Part shown: piece after piece, positions 18,265 to 26,220 of the stretch | How positions within the stretch are numbered: position 1 is the first letter of the stretch | Layout of the letters: the number at the start of each line of letters is the position of its first letter | Source: an uncultured Allomuricauda sp. | GTDB lineage: Bacteria; Bacteroidota; Bacteroidia; Flavobacteriales; Flavobacteriaceae | NCBI GenBank assembly: GCA_965117065.1 | Contig: OZ220751.1 | Coordinates: forward strand, 1,789,807-1,853,806 | DNA length: 64,000 bases | Direction of reading: 5' to 3' | Translations under genes and position numbers: made by a program | Notes under the pieces: model-generated | Databases searched by the model: none | Seen by the model: only the letters and a program-made list of their open reading frames with translations | What the model was told of the DNA's origin: nothing

Positions 18265-19284
18265 ATGAAAAAATATATCCCGGCCCTATTTCTAGTGGCC
18301 ACAATAGCATTTCATGCACAAGAAAATAATAATCAATCTCAAAAATGGTCTGCAGGAAGACCCGATGGTCATGCACCAATTTCTGTAATGGGAGACCACA
18401 TGCACGGTAAAGGGGAATGGATGTTCTCTTACCGCTACATGTATATGAACATGGATGAACTTAAAATGGGAAGCAATAATGCAACCACGGCTGACGCTTT
18501 GGCCAACTATATGGTAACTCCCACTAGCATGCCCATGAACATGCATATGTTGGGTACCATGTTCGCCCCAAGTGATAAGATAACCCTAATGGTTATGCTC
18601 AACCATTTGAGTATGGAAATGGACCATCTCACTCGGATGAGTGGTACATTCACTACAAAAACTAGCGGTTTTGGAGATGTACAATTAGCACTTATGTACA
18701 AATTCTTCAATAAAAACCAACAGAGCTTACATGGTCAGATTGGGTTTTCAATTCCAACTGGAAGCATTACCCAAAGTGATGTTACACCGGCATCTGCTCC
18801 CAACGAAACGGAATTACCTTATCCAATGCAGCTGGGCAGCGGAACCTTTGACCCCAACATTGCCCTAACCTACCTAGGGCAAACAACCTCCATTTCTTGG
18901 GGAAGTCAGATAAAAGGCGTTTTTCGTCTAGGCGAAAATGATAGGGATTTCCGTTACGGAAACCGGTATAGTCTAAATAACTGGTTAGCCCTAAAAGCAG
19001 CCAAATGGATAAGCTTTTCGGCTCGACTGGAAGGTTTGATCATTGGAGAACTCGAGGGGGCCGACCCTAATTTGAACCCTATGATGGTCATAACTGCAGA
19101 TACTGCTAACTCTGGTGGGACTTATATGAATGGCGGTCTGGGTTTCAACATTTATGTACCCAATGGGGCTTTGAAAAACCTTAGGTTGGGATTTGAGTTT
19201 GCCGCCCCCTTACATCAAGATCTTGATGGGGTTCAGCTCAAAACTAAGGAAACCCTGACTCTGGGAGCACAGTATTCATTCTAA
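18265..19284 (+). CDS. Small outer-membrane beta-barrel protein (transporter / MetA-pathway-like family) with Met/His-rich N-terminal region
   Basis: 339 aa with signal peptide, alternating beta-strand pattern and a terminal ...LGAQYSF. Met/His clusters: HMHGKGEWM, MPMNMHMLGTM, MVMLNHLSMEMDHLTRM. Confidence 0.55.
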   Translation: MKKYIPALFLVATIAFHAQENNNQSQKWSAGRPDGHAPISVMGDHMHGKGEWMFSYRYMYMNMDELKMGSNNATTADALANYMVTPTSMPMNMHMLGTMFAPSDKITLMVMLNHLSMEMDHLTRMSGTFTTKTSGFGDVQLALMYKFFNKNQQSLHGQIGFSIPTGSITQSDVTPASAPNETELPYPMQLGSGTFDPNIALTYLGQTTSISWGSQIKGVFRLGENDRDFRYGNRYSLNNWLALKAAKWISFSARLEGLIIGELEGADPNLNPMMVITADTANSGGTYMNGGLGFNIYVPNGALKNLRLGFEFAAPLHQDLDGVQLKTKETLTLGAQYSF

Positions 19285-19327
19285 CATAACCCCCAGGGAG
19301 TTCTTCTCCCTGGGTAAATTTCTTCTT

Positions 19328-20062
19328 ATGACCAAAAGACAATGGATTCAACGCAATAGAAAATGGCATCGTTATTTAGGGATCATTTTGGGTGTTCAGT
19401 TCTTTTTGTGGACCCTTGGGGGTCTATATTTTAGCTGGACCAGTATTGATGAAATTCGAGGAGATCACATCAAACAAAAGGACCCTCTACTTTCAGCAAA
19501 GCTTTCACTGGCCCCCCCGTCCATCTTTTTAAGTAAACTACATGGCCAGGACAGTATTGTTTCGCTGAAACTGTGTTCTATCTTGGGCAAGCCAACATAC
19601 AGACTAGTTGTTCAGAATAACGGAAGTACTTCTGTAATGCTATTCAATGCAGAAAATGGGTCATTCAGACCTCCTCTGGGCAAGAAAGAGAGTATTGCAG
19701 TAGCTAAAGCAAAACTTGTTGGGTCAGCTCCCGTTACCGAAGCAGAATATTTAACAGAAACTGGAGAGCACCATGAATATAGGGGCAGACCCTTACCTGC
19801 CTACGCCATAACATTTAGTGAGCCCGTTAACACAACTGCATATGTATCCGTTGAACACGGCAACATACAAACCGTTAGAAGCAACCAATGGCGTGCGTTC
19901 GATTTTTTATGGATGCTGCACACTATGGATTACAAGGGCAGGGACAATTTTAATAATCTAGTCCTAAGAGCATTTGCACTTTTTGGACTGTTTACCATAC
20001 TTTCGGGTTTTAGTTTGTATATTTTTACCTCTAAATTGTTTAGCAAAAAAGCATCAAAATGA
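19328..20062 (+). CDS. PepSY-associated TM-helix protein (FoxB-like family)
   Basis: 244 aa: WHRYLGIILGVQFFLWTLGGLYFSW, then a periplasmic region and a C-terminal TM helix. Confidence 0.7.
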   Translation: MTKRQWIQRNRKWHRYLGIILGVQFFLWTLGGLYFSWTSIDEIRGDHIKQKDPLLSAKLSLAPPSIFLSKLHGQDSIVSLKLCSILGKPTYRLVVQNNGSTSVMLFNAENGSFRPPLGKKESIAVAKAKLVGSAPVTEAEYLTETGEHHEYRGRPLPAYAITFSEPVNTTAYVSVEHGNIQTVRSNQWRAFDFLWMLHTMDYKGRDNFNNLVLRAFALFGLFTILSGFSLYIFTSKLFSKKASK

Positions 20063-20481
20063 GAAAAATTTTGTCTGTGTTATTCTTGGTATTGATTACC
20101 ATCAGTTCTTGCAAGGAAAAAGAGAAAAAAGAGGAGGGGCCTACGCAAATGGAAACAGTTATGGAGATTCATGACGAAGTGATGCCCAAAATGGGTACTT
20201 TAGGCAAACTGGTAGGTGAACTCAAAAGTAAGGTGGACACCACAGAAATGGGGAAAAAATACGAAGCTTCCATGAAGGATTTGCAAGCGGCCAACAAATC
20301 CATGATGGATTGGATGATGAACTTTGGCAATCGCTTTGATTCTGACGAAATATTGGATGGCAAAGCCCTAAGTGAGGAGAAGCAAAAATGGCTGGATGAG
20401 GAAGAAATAAAGGTGAAGGATCTCAGGAATCAAATCAATTCCAGTATTGAAAAGGCAGAAGCCCTACTAGCCAAAGAATAG
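20059..20481 (+). CDS. Met-rich lipoprotein, hypothetical
   Basis: 140 aa with lipobox LITISSC. Met-rich (METVMEIHDEVMPKM, SMMDWMMNF). An ATGA start/stop overlap with the PepSY gene suggests translational coupling. Confidence 0.45.
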   Translation: MRKILSVLFLVLITISSCKEKEKKEEGPTQMETVMEIHDEVMPKMGTLGKLVGELKSKVDTTEMGKKYEASMKDLQAANKSMMDWMMNFGNRFDSDEILDGKALSEEKQKWLDEEEIKVKDLRNQINSSIEKAEALLAKE

Positions 20482-20483
20482 GG

Positions 20484-21038
20484 CTATTTTTTCCAGCGAA
20501 GTGTTTCCATAATCCTTCTAACGTCTGTTTGGAGATAGACCGCGGCAGGAAGAATGGAATCGTAATTGGGTTTGGCATAAAAATAGAGAGACCCGGTAAC
20601 AAAGTGGTTTAAGCTATCGGTAACATAAAACTGGGATTGTGACGCTGCATTCCCACTTACCTCATAAAACATTCCATAAACACCATCTTTTGCATTGACA
20701 AAGGGTTGCTCCACAATATTATCCGCTTTGACCACATGCTCATAGGACAGCTTTTGGGCATCCGACAAAAGGGTGTTCAAATCATTATCTACCTGTTTGT
20801 ATGTTAAGTAAATGGAAGCATTCATTTCTGGGTAGTCCAACGTCAAGGCATTTGCATTCTCCAATTTGGTTTTTGCCGTTTCGTTTATCTCAAATGCATA
20901 ATTTTTTGTGCTTAATTTACCATAAGTTGATTTCGGATAATCTAACCGCAATTGAGCGTTGGGCTTGGGCAACACCTCATCCTTACATCCAAATAACAAA
21001 CCAACTAATGCGATATATACCAAGCTTTTATGCTTCAT
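20484..21038 (-). CDS. gldD: Gliding motility protein GldD
   Basis: 184-aa lipoprotein (LLFGC lipobox) immediately downstream of gldE, in the mutY-ssb-gldE-gldD order described for Flavobacterium johnsoniae. I did not verify the assignment by sequence similarity. Confidence 0.6.
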   Translation of the reverse strand: MKHKSLVYIALVGLLFGCKDEVLPKPNAQLRLDYPKSTYGKLSTKNYAFEINETAKTKLENANALTLDYPEMNASIYLTYKQVDNDLNTLLSDAQKLSYEHVVKADNIVEQPFVNAKDGVYGMFYEVSGNAASQSQFYVTDSLNHFVTGSLYFYAKPNYDSILPAAVYLQTDVRRIMETLRWKK

Positions 21039-22356
21039 GGGGCAATGTAATCTTTATTCGTTTTAGTCTTTTCTTATCCAAACTTTCCACTACAAACTGA
21101 TAGTTCTTGAAGAGGACTTTTTCGCCCCTTTTTGGAAAACTCCCTGAAATTTCCAACACAAAGCCGGCAATGGTTTCCGACTCTCCTTTTTGACCCTCAA
21201 AATCCTCTTCATCCTCAATCTTAACCACTCTATAAAAATCCTTCAACGTGGTTTTTCCATCAAAAACATAATTGAAATCGTCCAATTTGGAGAAAACAAG
21301 GTCCTCATCGTCAAACTCATCACTAATATCCCCAACAATCTCCTCAATAATGTCCTCCAAGGTCACTATTCCCGATGTTCCACCGTATTCATCTACCACT
21401 ACTGCCAAGTGATTCTTTTTTTCTTGAAATTCCAGTAAAAGATCATCCAGTTTTTTGTTTTCAGGGACAAAATAGGGTTCCCTGATCAAAGGCATCCAAT
21501 TGAAACTCTTCCGGTCGATATAAGGCAACAGATCTTTCACATAAAGAACGCCAAGGACATTATCCATATTTTCTGAAAACACTGGAATCCTTGAATAACC
21601 ATTTTTTTTAATCTCCTCCAACACTTCCAGAAATTTCATGTCCTCGTTTAGGGCAAAAATATCGATGCGTGGCCGCATGACCTGTTTGGTGTCTGTGTTC
21701 CCAAAAGTGACAATTCCCTCAAGGATTTTTTGCTCTTCCCTGGTGGTATCCCCTTCCGAAGCAAGCTCCAAAGCTTGAGATAGGTGGTCTACACTAAGAT
21801 TGGATTTCTGTTTGCCTAACCTTTCATGCAAAAAGCCAGAAGCTGAACTCATAGGAGAACTCAAAGGGGTAAACATGGTGTTTAAAATCCGTATGGGAAC
21901 AGACATAAACTGAGAAAACTGAACCCTGTTCCTATTAGCATATATTTTAGGCAGTATTTCACCAAACATTAATATCAAAAAAGTGGCCACAACTACCTCG
22001 AGTAAAAATCGCACGGAAACAACTCCAAATAGAACTTGATTAATCTCAGAGAATATTACATTGCCAATAGAACTGAACAAAAGTACTATGCCTATGTTAA
22101 TGGTGTTATTAGCAATTAATATGGTTGCTAGGAGTTTTTTAGGCTTGTTCAAAAGCTGAACGATTAGTTTTCCTCTAGAGGTGTTTTCTTCCTCCATTTC
22201 ATTCAAATCTGTTTGGGAAAGACCAAAAAGAGCTACTTCTGCTCCAGATATTAATGCTGAACAAACCAAAAGTAGCAGTAGCACAATGACTTTTGCGGTA
22301 AACCAACCGCTACTCGCAGTTAAAAAAAGTACCAAACTATGGGGTTCGGGATCCAA
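21028..22356 (-). CDS. gldE: Gliding motility protein GldE (DUF21-CBS-CorC/HlyC transporter-associated family)
   Basis: 442 aa with N-terminal DUF21 TM region, CBS pair and CorC_HlyC C-terminal domain. It lies between ssb and gldD. Confidence 0.7.
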   Translation of the reverse strand: MDPEPHSLVLFLTASSGWFTAKVIVLLLLLVCSALISGAEVALFGLSQTDLNEMEEENTSRGKLIVQLLNKPKKLLATILIANNTINIGIVLLFSSIGNVIFSEINQVLFGVVSVRFLLEVVVATFLILMFGEILPKIYANRNRVQFSQFMSVPIRILNTMFTPLSSPMSSASGFLHERLGKQKSNLSVDHLSQALELASEGDTTREEQKILEGIVTFGNTDTKQVMRPRIDIFALNEDMKFLEVLEEIKKNGYSRIPVFSENMDNVLGVLYVKDLLPYIDRKSFNWMPLIREPYFVPENKKLDDLLLEFQEKKNHLAVVVDEYGGTSGIVTLEDIIEEIVGDISDEFDDEDLVFSKLDDFNYVFDGKTTLKDFYRVVKIEDEEDFEGQKGESETIAGFVLEISGSFPKRGEKVLFKNYQFVVESLDKKRLKRIKITLPHEA

Positions 22357-22378
22357 TTTCTAGTGGTTATTTCTTGGT

Positions 22379-22840
22379 TTAGAATGGCAGGTCATCATCC
22401 TGTTCTGACTCATCCACAGTTGCGGGATCCACAGATTTTGCCTGCCCGCTTTGCGGTAATGTCTCGGCAGTTTGAGGAGCATTGGCATTGGCCATGCTCT
22501 CATTTTTAGTGGACAAAAAGGTAAAATCTTGTACATGTACCTCGGTGGTATATCGTGTGTTGCCATCTTCTCCTTGCCATTGTCTATTTTTTAACCGCCC
22601 CTCCAAATACACTTTATCTCCCTTACTAAGGTATTTTTCGCAGATTTCTGCAGCCTTGTTGCGTACTACAATGTTATGCCAATCCGTATTGGTAACCTTC
22701 TCCCCTGTTTGTTTACTGGTGTAGGTTTCGTTAGTGGCAATTGGGAACCGGGCAATGCATCCTCCACCCTCAAAATAGTGGATTTTAACCTCATCTCCCA
22801 AATGCCCGATCAGCATCACTTTATTTAATGTTCCGCTCAT
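22379..22840 (-). CDS. ssb: Single-stranded DNA-binding protein
   Basis: 153 aa with an OB-fold N-terminus and the acidic tail DDDLPF. Confidence 0.95.
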   Translation of the reverse strand: MSGTLNKVMLIGHLGDEVKIHYFEGGGCIARFPIATNETYTSKQTGEKVTNTDWHNIVVRNKAAEICEKYLSKGDKVYLEGRLKNRQWQGEDGNTRYTTEVHVQDFTFLSTKNESMANANAPQTAETLPQSGQAKSVDPATVDESEQDDDLPF

Positions 22841-22863
22841 AATTCTTCAATTGGTCAAAAGTA

Positions 22864-23901
22864 CTAAATTTTAAATGTCTTTATGAAATTGGCAACCAAA
22901 ACAGGAACAGGAAACGTATGGATATTATTCCACGGGATTCCCCCTTCAGATACTTCATCCCCCTCCAAAATCCAGAACCTTGTATGCAACTGTTGGTGTG
23001 AGAGTTTGTGAACAACCGGTTCCTTATTATACAAGGTTATTGCTTTTATAGAATTAAACTTGACTTTACCATTCAAAGCTTGGGTCAGCTCTTCTGTTTC
23101 CAACAGCTTATCCGACTCTAATAAGGGAAATTGGTACAAGTTTTGCCAAATACCTTTGCCTTTTCGCTGCTCTAGGATAGTTTTTCCATTTGAATCCAAA
23201 ACAACCAGGTAATTAAAATAGCGAGCCCTTACTTTGACTTTGTTTTGTTTAATAGGAAAACGCTCCACTTTATCTTCTTTTAAGGCTACACAACCAGTGC
23301 TTAACGGACAGGCTGGGCAGTTTGGACTTCTGGGTGAGCACTGAATAGCGCCAAATTCCATAATCCCCTGATTGTAATCCCTGATGTTCTCGATATCCAT
23401 AACTTCACGGGCCAATTCTTTAAAATATTTGACCCCTTCGGTACTATTTATGGCTAGGTCCGCTCCAAAATATCTGGATAGCACCCGATATACATTACCA
23501 TCCACCACAGGTTCTGGCAAATCAAAACATATGGAAGCGATAGCGCTGGCCGTATAATCCCCAATTCCTTTTAGTGCTTTCAAACCTTTATACGTATTGG
23601 GAAACTCTCCCCCATAATCATTCACCACTATTTTTGCTGTTGCATGAAGGTTTCTTGCCCGAGAATAGTAGCCTAGTCCTTGCCATAGCTTCAAGATTTT
23701 TTCCTCTTCTGCCTTAGCTAGATCGAACACCGTAGGAAATGCTTCCAAAAACTTGTGATAATAAGGCATTCCTTGAGCCACTCTGGTTTGTTGCAACATA
23801 ATCTCGGAAAGCCAAATTTTGTACGGATCTTTGGTGGCTCTCCAGGGCAAATCCCTTTTGTGCAGACCGTACCACTTTAGAATTTTCAGGGAAAAAGACA
23901 T
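22864..23901 (-). CDS. mutY: A/G-specific adenine DNA glycosylase
   Basis: 345 aa with HhH-GPD, an Fe-S cluster motif (CxxxxxxCxxCxxxxxC) and a C-terminal NUDIX-like domain. Confidence 0.9.
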   Translation of the reverse strand: MSFSLKILKWYGLHKRDLPWRATKDPYKIWLSEIMLQQTRVAQGMPYYHKFLEAFPTVFDLAKAEEEKILKLWQGLGYYSRARNLHATAKIVVNDYGGEFPNTYKGLKALKGIGDYTASAIASICFDLPEPVVDGNVYRVLSRYFGADLAINSTEGVKYFKELAREVMDIENIRDYNQGIMEFGAIQCSPRSPNCPACPLSTGCVALKEDKVERFPIKQNKVKVRARYFNYLVVLDSNGKTILEQRKGKGIWQNLYQFPLLESDKLLETEELTQALNGKVKFNSIKAITLYNKEPVVHKLSHQQLHTRFWILEGDEVSEGGIPWNNIHTFPVPVLVANFIKTFKI

Positions 23902-23982
23902 CTAAGAAATTAATAAGAGTTAAATGTAGCAGTTTATATACTTAAAATTAAAGGCTTTAAACGAAAGATTAATTTTAATTTT

Positions 23983-23990
23983 TATATTTG
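23983..23990 (+). promoter_or_regulatory. Bacteroidetes-type -7 promoter element (TAnnTTTG) upstream of the HU gene
   Basis: TATATTTG lies 33 nt upstream of the HU ATG, in an AT-rich spacer. Confidence 0.35.
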
Positions 23991-24023
23991 CAAGCCTAAA
24001 AATTTAGAAAATAATAATACGAA

Positions 24024-24314
24024 ATGACGAAAGCAGATATTGTAACTAGAATCTCAGAAAAACTAGGTATAGAAAAAGGAGACGTACAAGCAACGGTTGA
24101 ATCTTTTATGGAAGAGGTAAAATCGTCCTTGGAAAATGGTGATAATGTTTATTTAAGAGGTTTCGGAAGCTTTATCATAAAGACGAGAGCGGAGAAAACA
24201 GGTAGAAACATTTCAAAGAATACAACAATTAAAATTCCTGCACATAATATTCCTGCATTTAAGCCGGCCAAAGTATTTGTGGAAGGAGTAAAAAGTAACG
24301 TACAAGTAAAATAA
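24024..24314 (+). CDS. HU-family DNA-binding protein
   Basis: 96 aa with the canonical HU/IHF fold motifs (GFGSF...R...G.N). Confidence 0.9.
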   Translation: MTKADIVTRISEKLGIEKGDVQATVESFMEEVKSSLENGDNVYLRGFGSFIIKTRAEKTGRNISKNTTIKIPAHNIPAFKPAKVFVEGVKSNVQVK

Positions 24315-24341
24315 GATAACTAACACTAAAGGAATAGCCAT

Positions 24342-24431
24342 ATGCCGAGTGGTAAAAAAAGAAAAAGACATAAGGTAGCAACCCATAAGCGTAAAAAGCG
24401 CAGAAGAGCTAACCGACACAAGAAAAAGTAG
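24342..24431 (+). CDS. 29-aa highly basic peptide, candidate ribosomal protein bS22 (AURKAIP1/COX24-like)
   Basis: Not in ORF track (<60 aa). MPSGKKRKRHKVATHKRKKRRRANRHKKK. It is followed immediately by a terminator hairpin. Confidence 0.5.
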   Translation: MPSGKKRKRHKVATHKRKKRRRANRHKKK

Positions 24432-24449
24432 TTGTTGCAACTACTTTTT
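24428..24449 (+). terminator. Rho-independent terminator after HU / small basic peptide genes
   Basis: GTAGTTG-ttg-CAACTAC followed by TTTTT. The stem overlaps the stop codon of the 29-aa ORF. Confidence 0.6.
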
Positions 24450-24578
24450 CATTTTACACCTATACGTTCTTTGACATAGAGATTCAAAAGAGAATTTCAA
24501 TCGGTAATAAACCGATTCTACATATTGTTTAATCATTTATCCCTATAAACAAATTGGGATAAATTAAAATCGATTCAG

Positions 24579-26126
24579 GTGAATAGAGAATTAATCGTTA
24601 GATCTAGTCCTGATGCAGTCGATTTTGCCTTACTAAAGGATGGAAAACTTATAGAATTACACAAAGACGAGGATGACAACAAATTTTCCGTAGGGGATAT
24701 CTTCCTAGCCAAGATAAGAAAACCCGTTACCGGCCTAAATGCGGCTTTCGTAAATGTAGGTTATGAAAAAGATGCATTCCTGCACTATCATGACCTAGGT
24801 CCGCAACTGTCCTCCATGTTGAAATTCATTAAAAAAGTTAGAACGGGAAAGCTAAAAGACTTTTCCCTCAAGGATTTTCCATTTGAAAAAGATATAGACA
24901 AGAATGGCACTATTAACGAAGTTATTAAGGCCAATCAGTCATTATTGGTACAGATTGTAAAAGAACCCATTTCCACCAAAGGGCCAAGGATAAGCTCCGA
25001 GCTTTCCTTTGCGGGCCGATATTTGGTCATGGTTCCATTTTCTGATCGCGTTTCCGTTTCACAAAAAATAGGGAGCAAGGAAGAAAAGGATAGGCTAATA
25101 CGACTTGTAAAAAGTATTAAGCCCAAAGGATTTGGGGTAATTATCCGTACCGTTGCAGAAGGCAAAAAAGTTGCAGAACTTGACAAGGATCTTCAAAACC
25201 TGTTGTCCAAATGGACAACAATGAGCAAGAAATTGCAAAGAGCGCCCCATCCATCAAAGGTGTTGGTAGAGCTTAATAGAGCTTCGTCCATACTCAGGGA
25301 TGTGTTCAACGATTCCTTTACAGGAATCCATGTTGATGATGAAACGCTTTATAATCAAATCAAGGATTATTTGCATGAAATCGCACCTCAAAAGGAATCC
25401 ATTGTAAAACACTACTCCGGATCCGCCCCAATTTTCGAAAAATTTGGGATTGAGCGTCAAATCAAAACCTCGTTTGGCCGTACCGCCTCCATGAGTAAAG
25501 GGGCCTATCTTGTTATAGAACATACCGAAGCACTTCATGTAATTGATGTGAACAGTGGTAACCGTTCCAACAAGGCCAAAAATCAAGAGGACACCGCTTT
25601 AGAGGTAAACCTATTGGCTGCTAGTGAAATTGCCAGACAATTAAGGTTGCGCGATATGGGAGGAATTATTGTGGTCGACTTCATTGACATGACCAAAGGT
25701 GATCACAGACGAAAACTGTTTGACCACCTAAGAGAAGAAATGAAAGACGACCGTGCAAAGCACAAAATTCTTCCTCCAAGTAAATTTGGATTGGTCCAGA
25801 TTACACGCCAAAGAGTTCGCCCAGAAGTGAACATCAAGACCAGCGAGGTAAACCCGAATGGTTCTGGTGCAGAAGTTGAAGCACCTATCGTTTTGGTCGA
25901 CAAGATTAATGTTGATCTTGAGCGAATCATGAAAGGCAACCACAAGGACAATGGCATTATTCTGAACATTCATCCTTTTATTGCGGCCTACCTTAACCAA
26001 GGATTTCCATCACCACGTTTTAAGTGGTTTTTGGAACATAAAAAATGGGTCAAGATTCAACCTAGGGATGCTTATACATACCTTGAATACCGTTTTAAAA
26101 ACAAGGACGGTAAAACAATTAGATAA
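24579..26126 (+). CDS. rng: Ribonuclease E/G family endoribonuclease (Rng-like)
   Basis: 515 aa with GTG start, an S1 domain (FSVGDIFLAKI) and the RNase E/G catalytic core (VIDVNSG, DFIDM). Confidence 0.9.
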   Translation: MNRELIVRSSPDAVDFALLKDGKLIELHKDEDDNKFSVGDIFLAKIRKPVTGLNAAFVNVGYEKDAFLHYHDLGPQLSSMLKFIKKVRTGKLKDFSLKDFPFEKDIDKNGTINEVIKANQSLLVQIVKEPISTKGPRISSELSFAGRYLVMVPFSDRVSVSQKIGSKEEKDRLIRLVKSIKPKGFGVIIRTVAEGKKVAELDKDLQNLLSKWTTMSKKLQRAPHPSKVLVELNRASSILRDVFNDSFTGIHVDDETLYNQIKDYLHEIAPQKESIVKHYSGSAPIFEKFGIERQIKTSFGRTASMSKGAYLVIEHTEALHVIDVNSGNRSNKAKNQEDTALEVNLLAASEIARQLRLRDMGGIIVVDFIDMTKGDHRRKLFDHLREEMKDDRAKHKILPPSKFGLVQITRQRVRPEVNIKTSEVNPNGSGAEVEAPIVLVDKINVDLERIMKGNHKDNGIILNIHPFIAAYLNQGFPSPRFKWFLEHKKWVKIQPRDAYTYLEYRFKNKDGKTIR

Positions 26127-26130
26127 TACA

Positions 26131-26164
26131 AAGCGACTTCAGCAATGGGGTCGCTTTTTTTGTT
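26131..26164 (+). terminator. Rho-independent terminator after rng
   Basis: AGCGAC-ttcagcaatgggg-GTCGCT followed by TTTTTTTTGTTTTATTT. Confidence 0.55.
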
Positions 26165-26220
26165 TTATTTATTTTAAGACAAAATGGTACTTTTAACCAA
26201 ATACTTACTCCATCATAGCC

